Of a stretch of DNA of 64,000 nucleotides, positions 56,445-64,000 are shown one piece after another (the first letter of the stretch is position 1; each line of letters begins with the position of its first letter). The stretch comes from Verrucomicrobiia bacterium (GTDB lineage: Bacteria; Verrucomicrobiota; Verrucomicrobiia; Limisphaerales; JADJPG01): NCBI GenBank assembly GCA_035577805.1, contig DATLUX010000516.1:4841-68840 (forward strand), written 5' to 3'. Under the pieces are notes generated by a model. The model did not search any database. It was not told where the DNA came from and worked only from the letters and a program-made list of their open reading frames with translations. Made by a program: the position numbers and the translations under genes.

Positions 56445-56467
56445 GGCGCCAACGGATGGCGGTGTCC

Positions 56468-57172
56468 TTACCCGGCGCCGGCCTTGAGCAGGCCATCCTG
56501 CAGTTCGAGCGTGCGCTTCATCTGCCGGGCCAATTCGACCGCGTGCGTCACGACCACGAGGGTCACTTGCTCTTCCTTGTTCAAATCGATCAATAACTGC
56601 GTCAGAGCTTGCGCCGATCCGCGATCCAACGCGCCGGTCGGCTCGTCCGCCAGCAGTAATTTGGGACCATTGATCAGCGCGCGCACCACCGCGACTCGTT
56701 GACGCTCGCCGCCCGATAGCTGGCCCGGACGATGTTTCAGCCTGTCGCCCAAGCCCACCCGCTGCAGTAATTGAGCCGCCCGTCCGGCTGACTCCGCCCG
56801 ATTGGCCTGGCGCGAATCGGCCAGCGTCGGTACCAGCACATTCTCCCAGACCGAGCATTGAGGCAATAAATGGTGAGCCTGAAAAACGAACCCAATTTTG
56901 CGATTGCGAACGGTCGCCAGCTCTTCCTCAGGCAACCTCATCAAATCCTGCCCGTCGAGCGCCACCCGCCCGGCGCTCGGTCGATCGAGCGTGCCAATGA
57001 TGTTGAGCAGCGTGCTTTTGCCCGAGCCCGACGGCCCGACAATCGCAACGGATTCCCCGCCCTCAATCTGCAAAGAAAGCTCGCGCAAGACGTGGACGGG
57101 TGGCGCGCCGGCGCCTCCCGCGTAGTCTTTGGTCACTTTTTCCAAACTCACCAACGGAACCGCAGGTGACAT
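56468..57172 (-). CDS. ABC transporter ATP-binding protein (LolD/MacB/FtsE-like)
   Basis: Walker A GPSGSGKST, Q-loop, signature LSGGERQR, Walker B LLLADEPTGALD, H-loop VVVTH. 234 aa. No permease gene is adjacent. Confidence 0.88.
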   Translation of the reverse strand: MSPAVPLVSLEKVTKDYAGGAGAPPVHVLRELSLQIEGGESVAIVGPSGSGKSTLLNIIGTLDRPSAGRVALDGQDLMRLPEEELATVRNRKIGFVFQAHHLLPQCSVWENVLVPTLADSRQANRAESAGRAAQLLQRVGLGDRLKHRPGQLSGGERQRVAVVRALINGPKLLLADEPTGALDRGSAQALTQLLIDLNKEEQVTLVVVTHAVELARQMKRTLELQDGLLKAGAG

Positions 57173-57228
57173 GCCTTATTGTTGCGATAACTCCACTGGC
57201 GCAGAACAGGAAAAACTACTGGAGAAAA

Positions 57229-57256
57229 GCGGAAAGCGGAAAGCGGAAAGCGGAAA
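57229..57256. repeat. Perfect tandem heptamer (GCGGAAA)x4
   Basis: gcggaaagcggaaagcggaaagcggaaa, in the 146-nt divergent intergenic region between the ABC ATPase (start 57172) and the greA/B-like gene (start 57319). Confidence 0.9.
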
Positions 57257-57318
57257 AACCGGCAAAGCGGACTGCGGCGGATGGACAAGCAGCGAGGGAA
57301 TCAATAGAATCCTTAAGC

Positions 57319-57837
57319 ATGAGCAAGGCGTTTACGCGGGAATCCGATGAGCAACCCGACCCGCCGGCCATCCCGCGTCCTGTCTCTTCCCTGCCGCCGG
57401 GGGCCAAGAATTATTTGACGCCAGGCGGCGCGCGGCGGCTGCGCGAGGAACTGGAGCGCCTAGTGCAAACGGAGCGGCCCCGCATGGCGGCTGGGCTTGA
57501 TCCGGATGAAACCCGGGGCCGGTTGCAGGCGCTCGATCAGCGGATCGCTCACCTTGCTCATAGTCTGGAAACCGCGGCGGTGACCCCGGCTCCGCCCCCG
57601 CCGCATGACCGGGTCCGGTTTGGCGCGACGGTTACGGTGCGAGACCGTGCTGGGACAGAGTCATGTTATCGGCTGGTGGGGGTCGATGAAACCGACCTGG
57701 ACCAAGGCTGGGTGAGTTGGTGTTCTCCGATCGGCCGGGCCTTGCTCAACGCCCGGTTGGGGCAACGCGCGAGGCTGCGGCTTCCCGCGGCGGAAGAGGA
57801 TCTGGAGATCGTGAAGGTGGCCTATGAAGAGTGTTGA
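57319..57837 (+). CDS. GreA/GreB-family transcription elongation factor-like protein
   Basis: 172 aa. N-terminal helical segment (..GGARRLREELERLV..). C-terminal Gre FKBP-like domain (..VRFGATVTVRD..YRLVGVDETD...VSWCSPIGRALLNARLGQ..). The ORF opens at 57100 inside the repeat region; ATG 57319 was chosen. Confidence 0.65.
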   Translation: MSKAFTRESDEQPDPPAIPRPVSSLPPGAKNYLTPGGARRLREELERLVQTERPRMAAGLDPDETRGRLQALDQRIAHLAHSLETAAVTPAPPPPHDRVRFGATVTVRDRAGTESCYRLVGVDETDLDQGWVSWCSPIGRALLNARLGQRARLRLPAAEEDLEIVKVAYEEC

Positions 57838-57891
57838 TCGGCCGGGCGCGTGCTTGGGCTCCGGGCTTTCGGACTTCTGCTTCGCTTGGGT

Positions 57892-58578
57892 TCAGAGGAG
57901 CTGAGCCGGTTTGGAGTCTCTTCCGTGGCGGGGAAAAGTTCGGAGCAATGCTTCGCATTGCTGCAAGCATCGCAGAGTCGGCTCATCGTGCGGTGTGATC
58001 TTCAAGGCCGCGCGCAAGGAATGGCACGCGCCCGCGACGTCACCAAGTTCCAACTGACAGACCCCCAGACCTTGCCAGGCTCCGTAATGGTTCGGGTTCA
58101 GTTTCAAGGCGCGTTCGCAGTCGATCCGGCTCTTCTCGTATTCGTGCATCTGCCACAGGACCGAGGCGCGCCGGTTCCAGCCCTCGGCGTAGCGGGGATA
58201 TTTCCGGGTCAATTGGTCAAGAATTTGGAGGGCCTTCGAATGCTCATCCGCCTCCGCAGCCCGAAAGGCCGACTCCATCATGGTGCAGGCTTCCTGACCG
58301 GAAGCGTGGAACCATATGTGTTCTAAAGCCCGGCGGGCCATAGCTTGGACATCAGGATCATCCTGCTGCAAGGCCCGCAGCAGCTCGGATTCGCCTCCGA
58401 CGGAGGCCAGGACGCTGGCGGCGTGGAGTTTGGCGTTGGCGTCGCCCGCCAGCAACTGGTGGTAAAGATGCGCTTTAAACGCTGGCGTCTGGCGCCCGAA
58501 ATGCATCACCACATAGGCAACGATGAACGAGGCCACCAGGATGCACAACCACCGCACCAGCAACACCACAGGCTTCAT
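57892..58578 (-). CDS. Membrane-anchored TPR-repeat protein
   Basis: N-terminal TM (VVLLVRWLCILVASFIVAYVV), then HEAT/TPR-like repeats (..YAEGWNRRASVLWQMHEYEKSRIDCERALKLNPNHYGAWQGLG..). Confidence 0.7.
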   Translation of the reverse strand: MKPVVLLVRWLCILVASFIVAYVVMHFGRQTPAFKAHLYHQLLAGDANAKLHAASVLASVGGESELLRALQQDDPDVQAMARRALEHIWFHASGQEACTMMESAFRAAEADEHSKALQILDQLTRKYPRYAEGWNRRASVLWQMHEYEKSRIDCERALKLNPNHYGAWQGLGVCQLELGDVAGACHSLRAALKITPHDEPTLRCLQQCEALLRTFPRHGRDSKPAQLL

Positions 58579-58661
58579 GATTGCCCAGACGATAAGCGCA
58601 GCCAGCAGCCTGCGAAATCGGGACCGGCACCGTACAGAAGACCGGGGAAACTACGGCGTTT

Positions 58662-59693
58662 TCAGGCGCCCATGCCTTCTTCGAAGGAGCCGCCCGCCAC
58701 CGGAAAGCAGAGGTTATCGCGGACGAAGGCGATCCCATTGGCGCTGGTGGCATCCAAGTCGCGATAGGCGCTTTCGGCTTCCACGATCAAGGGCGCCGTC
58801 GTCGTGCTCATCGTCTGGCAATAACGCTTCGGGTAACCAATGTGAATCAACATCTCCGCGTAACGCGCCATGCTCAGATCGCCGGTCGGCAAATCGGTGA
58901 ATTGCATGGCTCGATCCGCCCACTCCGGCGCCATCTTCCGTAAAGGCACGCCTGGGCGGATCACAAAATTCTTCACGTGACAGGCATAGACACGGCTGCC
59001 GACCTTGCGGAAGCGCGTCTCCCAATCTTCCCCTTCCCAACAGTGAGACGGGTCGGCGTTGACGGCCAGGATCTTGTCTCCGTCGCAGATCTGCACGAGC
59101 AAATTGAAATCGTCCGCACACATGGCGGCGGTGCCGGGATGAATCTCATGGGCCAGGTAGATCCCCAAGGAACGGGCCTTGGCGCGGACCTTGGCGGTTT
59201 TCTTCACGAACCGTTCCGAGCCTTCCTCGATCAGATCATAGTCGCCTCCTTTCCAGAAGCCCCACGGATAACCGCTGGCCAACTCCCAGCCAAAGGCCAC
59301 ACCCCAGAACATGGGCAACACTTTCACCTCCAGCTCCGCGCACAAATCGAGCAACTCCAGCACGTAATCCTCCGCCCAACGTTCGATCTGGTCGGCCGAT
59401 TTCTTGGCCACGTCCGCCGGGAGGAACGGCCGGATTGATGGACTGCCCGTCCAGGCGGTGGTGTGCACCCAGAACGGGCAATGGCCTGAAATGCCGTCCA
59501 GGGAAAGCTTGTTTTTGGCGAACGTCTGTTTGATCTCCTTGGCGGACTGGAACCCTTTGGGTCCTTGCAACATATAATTGGACGGCTGAGCTCCTTGGGC
59601 TCCGGAACGTTTCGCATAGGCCAGGAAATCTCCCAGACTCTTGGCGCCATGCTGTGCGCCTTCCACGCTCGGATGAAAGCAGATTTGAGGCAT
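58662..59693 (-). CDS. Sugar phosphate isomerase/epimerase, xylose-isomerase-like TIM barrel
   Basis: 343 aa from ATG 59693 (MPQICFHPS..). TIM-barrel family pattern with metal-ligand contexts (..YLAHEIHPGT.., ..VNADPSH.., ..ACHVKN..). The ORF opens further upstream at 59843. Confidence 0.65.
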   Translation of the reverse strand: MPQICFHPSVEGAQHGAKSLGDFLAYAKRSGAQGAQPSNYMLQGPKGFQSAKEIKQTFAKNKLSLDGISGHCPFWVHTTAWTGSPSIRPFLPADVAKKSADQIERWAEDYVLELLDLCAELEVKVLPMFWGVAFGWELASGYPWGFWKGGDYDLIEEGSERFVKKTAKVRAKARSLGIYLAHEIHPGTAAMCADDFNLLVQICDGDKILAVNADPSHCWEGEDWETRFRKVGSRVYACHVKNFVIRPGVPLRKMAPEWADRAMQFTDLPTGDLSMARYAEMLIHIGYPKRYCQTMSTTTAPLIVEAESAYRDLDATSANGIAFVRDNLCFPVAGGSFEEGMGA

Positions 59694-59797
59694 AGTTCGG
59701 TTTGGTTCGCGAGAGGGTTTACCGGCGTTGCTGGCCGAAAGCAACTTGAAATGTAACAGCCCTTCTGCGCGGCGGGACGCCTCTCGAATCACGCGCC

Positions 59798-61078
59798 TCA
59801 ACGCCCGAAGTGCGCCTCCGCGAACTCCAGAAAAACCTCCCAATCACCGGCGGTCATCGAGTGTTTGCCTGGCCGGATATAGTAACCGAGTTTGCTTTTT
59901 ACCAAGTGGTTGAGCTCCGGCATGGACGTCGCCTCCAACCCGCCGGCTGTCAGCCAACGATACACCGGGTCTGCCGCCTGGAGGACCTCGAATTGTCCGG
60001 TGGGGTTGGCCCATTGATCTTCCACGGCGTTGGAGAAAAGGACTGGCCGCGGCGCACACAACGCCACCAACGCGTTCTGGTCGAAGGGCAGCCGCTCCGG
60101 CTGGTCGTTGAACTTCTTGAACACGCCATTAAACCAATGCGGGAAGGACTCGTTGATGCGCTTCACGGATTCCCCGATCTTTCCGCGGCTTGGCGCCGTG
60201 CCGCCGCAACCGGCCTGATGCGGGATGGTCAGCGCGATCCGCTCATCGAACGCGGCGGCCAGCAGGGCGGTCTTGCCATTGCGCGAATGCCCCACCGTGG
60301 CGATTCGGCGCGGGTCGATCCGACGGTTGGTTACGAGATAATCCACACACCGATGAAAGCCCCAGGCCCACGCCGAGATCGTCCCCCGGTCCGCCGGCTC
60401 GGCCAGCTGGGCTTGGCCGGTCTGGCGCGCGCGCCACGCGTAGACTCCATCTGAAACGTCTTTGCGATCCGAATCAATATCCGAGGTGCAGAAGGTGGCC
60501 AAGGCGTAACCCCGTTCCAGAATTCGCTCAATGGGCCAGTCGCTGCTTTGCCCGCCGCGAGCCGCGGCAGTGGCGCGATTCTCCAGGCAGCCTTTGCAAC
60601 TGTCATACAGCCATCCGCGCGTGAGCGGAATCCGCGGGTCAGCGCAGAGGGCGTGGTTCCCACAAAAGTTCATGGCCAAAAATACGGGGTGCTTTCCCTG
60701 GCTGCCTTTGGGCAAGAAGAGCGCGAGATCGATCTGGGGCGCCGTCGTCTCCACTCCGCAGTGGATCCGCACCAATTTCAGGACTGCTTTGCCGTCCAAC
60801 GCGTCGGTGTATTCGCCCAGAACTTCAAAACGTTCCTGCGGCGGCGCGGGTGGCAACTCGCCATACATATATTCTTGAAACAATCGTTTTAGTTCCGGGC
60901 GCCGTTCGTTGATCCATTGTCTTTTGGTCGTGACCGTCCGTCCATCCAACATCACTAAGGGGTCGGGCAATTCCTTTCGCGCTGGCAAAGCGGCCGGCTC
61001 GGGAAGCGCCGCTTGACCAGCGAGGGCCGATGACAAAGTTGAAGCAAGCAGGGTCATGATCAGGAGGTGTTGGGGCAT
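59798..61078 (-). CDS. Carbohydrate esterase family 15 (glucuronoyl esterase)-like protein
   Basis: Signal peptide MPQHLLIMTLLASTLSSALAG. CE15-type nucleophile motif VGHSRNGKTAL (GxSRxGK). Conserved N-terminal ..LPDPLVMLDGRTVTTKRQW..RRPELKRLF.. The ORF opens at TTG 61129. Confidence 0.7.
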   Translation of the reverse strand: MPQHLLIMTLLASTLSSALAGQAALPEPAALPARKELPDPLVMLDGRTVTTKRQWINERRPELKRLFQEYMYGELPPAPPQERFEVLGEYTDALDGKAVLKLVRIHCGVETTAPQIDLALFLPKGSQGKHPVFLAMNFCGNHALCADPRIPLTRGWLYDSCKGCLENRATAAARGGQSSDWPIERILERGYALATFCTSDIDSDRKDVSDGVYAWRARQTGQAQLAEPADRGTISAWAWGFHRCVDYLVTNRRIDPRRIATVGHSRNGKTALLAAAFDERIALTIPHQAGCGGTAPSRGKIGESVKRINESFPHWFNGVFKKFNDQPERLPFDQNALVALCAPRPVLFSNAVEDQWANPTGQFEVLQAADPVYRWLTAGGLEATSMPELNHLVKSKLGYYIRPGKHSMTAGDWEVFLEFAEAHFGR

Positions 61079-61132
61079 AACGCGCGCAGAATACCAAGCT
61101 GACCGTCGATGGCAATGGCCAGGGCGCAACGT

Positions 61133-62398
61133 TTACGACGCCGCCGGGACATATCCCAGCCGCTTGCGCCATTCCGTTCGCGAAAGTTTGCCGCGTTGGT
61201 TGGGAGACAAGGATTCAACAACTCTCCATTCCCGGGGCACCTGCCAGGCCGGCAGCCGTTCGAGCAGGAATTGCCGGAGATCCTCGATGCGGACCGATGG
61301 CTCAACCACCACGCACGCCACCACCATCTCGGAACGCTCTGCTTCCGGGCTGGGAGCGCCGAAGACCAGACAATCCTGGACTCTTTCATGGCGGAGGAGT
61401 TCGTGCTCGATGCTCTCAGGTGAAACCTTCCGTCCGGCCACGTTGATTTGGTCACCGGCCCGTCCGCGCAAATACACCATGCCATCCCGGAGATCGGCGA
61501 GATCGCTGGTCCGATAGCAGCCTTGATCGAGAGTTGCTGCGGGAGTCGGCCAGTAGGTGCTTCCCACGGCGGCACCGCGGACCTCCAGACAACCTTGGGA
61601 ATCGAGCGAGAGCCGCACGTCCTGCAACGGAGCGCCGATGCAACTGGCATCCTGCCGCGGCACGGCCGACGAGTCATAAGCGATGCCGCCGCATTCAGTG
61701 GCGCCATAGAAGTTGTGAATCTTCAGGCCACACTGGCCGTAGATCGCCGTTTCCAAGGGAAGCGGGAGCGGCGCGCCGGCAGAAATGGCGAGGCGCAGAT
61801 TGGCGGGTAAGGCGCTGGCCTCGTGCCAGGCACGCCACAGGGCCGGCACCGCGGCCAGGGTGAGGTGCGGGGCCAGGGAGCAAGCCGGCCGCACCATCTC
61901 CGGCCAAGCCGCCTCGAGCAGAAACAAAGGCACCCCATGCAGCAGCAGCGGGAGCACCAGGTTCGAAAACCCATACGAGTGAGCCAGGGAGATCACACCG
62001 AGATTTGGCCAATCCGGTCTGAGACCCATGGTGGCCACAATGTGATCGGCATCCGCGGCCAGTTGCTCGGCCGTGAAAGCGACCAGCCGCGCTCTCTGCG
62101 TGGTGGCGGAGGTGAACTTCAGATGAACCGTCTCCGCCGGGGGCGCAGGCAGGTTCGGTGGACTCTGGCCGGCTTCCAGGGGGCACACGATCCGGCCAGC
62201 CCGCCAGCCGTCCAAAAGCTCAAGGATGAACGAGGCGCGGTTGCCCCGCGGACAACACAAGCCATGCGTCGGCTGGGAATGCGGCGGGCGGGCCTGAGCC
62301 AATTGGCTGAATGTCCACTGCTCGCCGCTGGCGAGATCGCGCAGAGCGAGTCGGGCCCGGTTTTGCCTGGCGATACGCAGCCAGCGGTCGTAAAGCAT
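61133..62398 (-). CDS. Adenylate-forming (AMP-binding, ANL superfamily) enzyme with degenerate P-loop
   Basis: ANL core motifs NFYGATECG (A5), YRTSDLA (A7), GRAGDQINVAGRKVSPESIE (A8), PNQRGKLSR (A10). The A3 P-loop position reads FTSATTQRAR instead of T[SG]GTTGxPKG. ATG 62398 is favoured; the ORF opens at TTG 62449. Confidence 0.7.
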   Translation of the reverse strand: MLYDRWLRIARQNRARLALRDLASGEQWTFSQLAQARPPHSQPTHGLCCPRGNRASFILELLDGWRAGRIVCPLEAGQSPPNLPAPPAETVHLKFTSATTQRARLVAFTAEQLAADADHIVATMGLRPDWPNLGVISLAHSYGFSNLVLPLLLHGVPLFLLEAAWPEMVRPACSLAPHLTLAAVPALWRAWHEASALPANLRLAISAGAPLPLPLETAIYGQCGLKIHNFYGATECGGIAYDSSAVPRQDASCIGAPLQDVRLSLDSQGCLEVRGAAVGSTYWPTPAATLDQGCYRTSDLADLRDGMVYLRGRAGDQINVAGRKVSPESIEHELLRHERVQDCLVFGAPSPEAERSEMVVACVVVEPSVRIEDLRQFLLERLPAWQVPREWRVVESLSPNQRGKLSRTEWRKRLGYVPAAS

Positions 62399-62434
62399 TG
62401 CCAGGTTCGTAGCGCAGCGATAGCGTCCGCCGCA

Positions 62435-63277
62435 ATGCTGAAGTGTCAAGCTACTTCCACCCGGGCGGTTTGGGTTGGCCGCCGCTGGATTGGAAGTGCG
62501 GCGTGCCTCATGTTATTGCTCGTGCTGTCCGGGTGCGCCGGGCACGCGGTTCGCCACACCTCGTTCAGCCGTCCTTTCGTTCTGGGACAGGATAATTTTG
62601 TGTATCGCAACGACCTGGTCTGGCTTTATTACGTCGATCCCGGGACCGGGGAATGGACTCATCGCCCGCGTGAGCCGAAGCCGGATTACACCCATCACTG
62701 TTTTGTCGTGGCGCGCGCCGCCCGGCAGTTCTTTCAGCACGCGCGGTTTGATCCGTCGCAGCCGGTGGCCGACACGGCGACCTACCGGCAGCTTGTGCAC
62801 GAAGTCGCCACCACCAGCCCGCGCCGGCTGCTTCCGCCAGAAAAGGTCATCGTCATTCCTGGCTACACGAATCTCCTTCAGTTCAGCCAGGCGCACGAGC
62901 GGCTGCTCAAGGACGAATGCGGCAGCTTTTGGCAGAGCTACTTTCAACGGGGCCATTGGCGGATGATTTTCCCATTTAGCTCCGGACATCAGCAGCGCAC
63001 CGCCGACGAGTTGCTGGACGCGCTTCGGCGGAATCGGCCGCCGGTGCTGCATTTGGTTCGGTTCCCGTCCCTCAGCATCAACCATGCGGTGCTGGTGATT
63101 GGCAGTGAGGAGACCGAGGAGAAGATCCGGTTTGCGGTTTACGATCCGTATGAACCAACCAACCCGGTCAACCTGGAGTTCGATCGCAAGCAGCAACGCT
63201 TTTCGTTTCCTCGCAACGCCTATTTCATTGGCGGCCGCGTGGATGTCTATGAGGTCTATTGCTCCTGGAAATATTGA
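62435..63277 (+). CDS. Hypothetical lipoprotein (possible Cys-His-Asp thiol-hydrolase fold)
   Basis: Lipobox LVLSGC after a basic n-region. The mature part has no motif I recognise, apart from ordered Cys (..THHCFVVARAARQFF..), His (..SINHAVLVIG..) and Asp (..AVYDPYEP..). The long ORF 61823..63277 is open upstream, but that part overlaps the ligase gene. Confidence 0.5.
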   Translation: MLKCQATSTRAVWVGRRWIGSAACLMLLLVLSGCAGHAVRHTSFSRPFVLGQDNFVYRNDLVWLYYVDPGTGEWTHRPREPKPDYTHHCFVVARAARQFFQHARFDPSQPVADTATYRQLVHEVATTSPRRLLPPEKVIVIPGYTNLLQFSQAHERLLKDECGSFWQSYFQRGHWRMIFPFSSGHQQRTADELLDALRRNRPPVLHLVRFPSLSINHAVLVIGSEETEEKIRFAVYDPYEPTNPVNLEFDRKQQRFSFPRNAYFIGGRVDVYEVYCSWKY

Positions 63278-63315
63278 GGATTGATGGCCGCGCGTGGTGT
63301 CTGGGCACTGCCGGA

Positions 63316-63708
63316 TCAAGCTTCGGGCAAACGTTCGCGGCCGGCGTAGCCGGTGTCGAGATCGTGCCAAAACTCGATGTCCTCCTCGTCCTTTTCCCAG
63401 CAAAGGAAAACTTCGCGCCCGGCCAGCACGGCCGGGAAATCGACCAGACCCCGATCGATGTCCTTGATTTGAATCTCACGGCTCTTGAACTGGTCGAGCA
63501 CACGTTTGATCGCAGCGAGGTGGCGAATCCAGTCATTGACTATGTTGCCGCCGGCGTCGTTTCCGACGCTGACGATCTGGCCGAGGCGCTGGTCCAGTTG
63601 GGTTACCTTCTGGCGGGAGCGGCTTAGTTCCGCGAGCCACTGGCGCAACTGGGGGAGCAAGGCCCGCGCCTCTTCGATGGTGTAGTGTTTGCCGAACTGA
63701 AATGCCAT
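63316..63708 (-). CDS. DUF2203-family protein
   Basis: 130 aa. The N-terminal ..YTIEEARALLPQLRQWLAEL.. and C-terminal ..REVFLCWEKDEEDIEFWHDLDTGYAGR.. match my recollection of the DUF2203 family pattern. Confidence 0.6.
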   Translation of the reverse strand: MAFQFGKHYTIEEARALLPQLRQWLAELSRSRQKVTQLDQRLGQIVSVGNDAGGNIVNDWIRHLAAIKRVLDQFKSREIQIKDIDRGLVDFPAVLAGREVFLCWEKDEEDIEFWHDLDTGYAGRERLPEA

Positions 63709-63713
63709 GCTCG

Positions 63714-64000
63714 CTAAGGTTTATCGTTCCCAGGCACGGAAGCTTTCAGCTTCTTTTCAATCTCCGCGTTGGGCTCGAGGGTCAGCGATTTTCGCCAGGC
63801 TTCCCGCGCCTTTTCCGGTTGTTTGAGCGAAGCGTAGATATCACCGAGGTGCTCCCACAAGGTCGGGTCAGGCTCCTGGCTTTGTTCCACGGCTTGCAGC
63901 AGCCATTTGAGAGCTTCCTTCGGACGGTCGAGCTTGTAGAGAACCCAGCCCAGACTATCGAGGAAAGCCGCGTTCTTCGGTTCGCTGCGGACGGCCCGTT
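63714..64000 (-). CDS. TPR-repeat protein, C-terminal part (N-terminus outside window)
   Basis: Manual translation of the minus strand gives an open frame from the window edge to TAG at 63714-63716: ..AAFLDSLGWVLYKLDRPKEALKWLLQAVEQSQEPDPTLWEHLGDIYASLKQPEKAREAWRKSLTLEPN... These are canonical TPR units. It ends 5 nt upstream of the DUF2203 gene. Confidence 0.7.
   Translation of the reverse strand, partial: RAVRSEPKNAAFLDSLGWVLYKLDRPKEALKWLLQAVEQSQEPDPTLWEHLGDIYASLKQPEKAREAWRKSLTLEPNAEIEKKLKASVPGNDKP

Noticed and set aside
58662-59693. The xylose-isomerase-like TIM barrel as the missing eboE of the ebo-like pair.
   Set aside because: It lies 26 kb away on the other strand next to a CE15 esterase. 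Its sequence looks like the generic sugar-phosphate isomerase/epimerase family rather than what I recall of EboE. There is no basis for linking them.

Overview
GC-rich bacterial chromosomal segment. I can support 47 protein-coding genes (the first and last are cut by the window edges) and one clear intrinsic terminator. I found no rRNA, tRNA or CRISPR array by eye.

Core content:
- topoisomerase III plus an XerC/D-type recombinase
- a TetR-headed double RND efflux locus (two adaptor+pump pairs, no outer-membrane factor)
- an M1 aminopeptidase
- an overlapping aminotransferase / omega-amidase-like pair
- ClpB and an M50/CBS protease
- an Sdh1-type succinate dehydrogenase/fumarate reductase operon
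- NfeD, a porin and a GreA/B-like factor

Accessory-looking content:
- an orphan GspF platform protein
- a CPBP protease next to a GspB-like/ExeA-like ATPase pair and a zinc-ribbon Ser/Thr kinase
- a two-gene sugar-phosphate-cyclase + alkaline-phosphatase-family module resembling eboD/eboF
- a flippase-like gene plus rfbB, and a Rieske oxygenase
- a 1517-aa multidomain secreted protein
- a DCC-thiol-oxidoreductase/lipase-maturation-factor fusion
- an orphan ytfQ followed by a radical SAM enzyme and a halogenase-fold flavoprotein
- a CE15 esterase
- an adenylate-forming enzyme with a degenerate P-loop next to an unknown lipoprotein

Most intergenic gaps longer than about 140 nt carry palindromic MITE/REP-like repeats from at least five families. 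These families share sequence modules and generate spurious ORFs. Gene order is largely non-operonic, with many orphan subunits. These traits suggest a PVC-superphylum (Verrucomicrobiota-like) genome; that is inference, not a search result.

I do not see a complete, self-evident novel system. The best follow-up candidates are:
- the envelope/secretion-related cluster at 23.4-30.3 kb
- the ebo-like pair at 30.5-33.1 kb
- the radical SAM + flavoprotein pair at 49.1-51.9 kb
- the giant protein at 37.3-41.8 kb
- the DCC-LMF fusion at 46.0-47.9 kb
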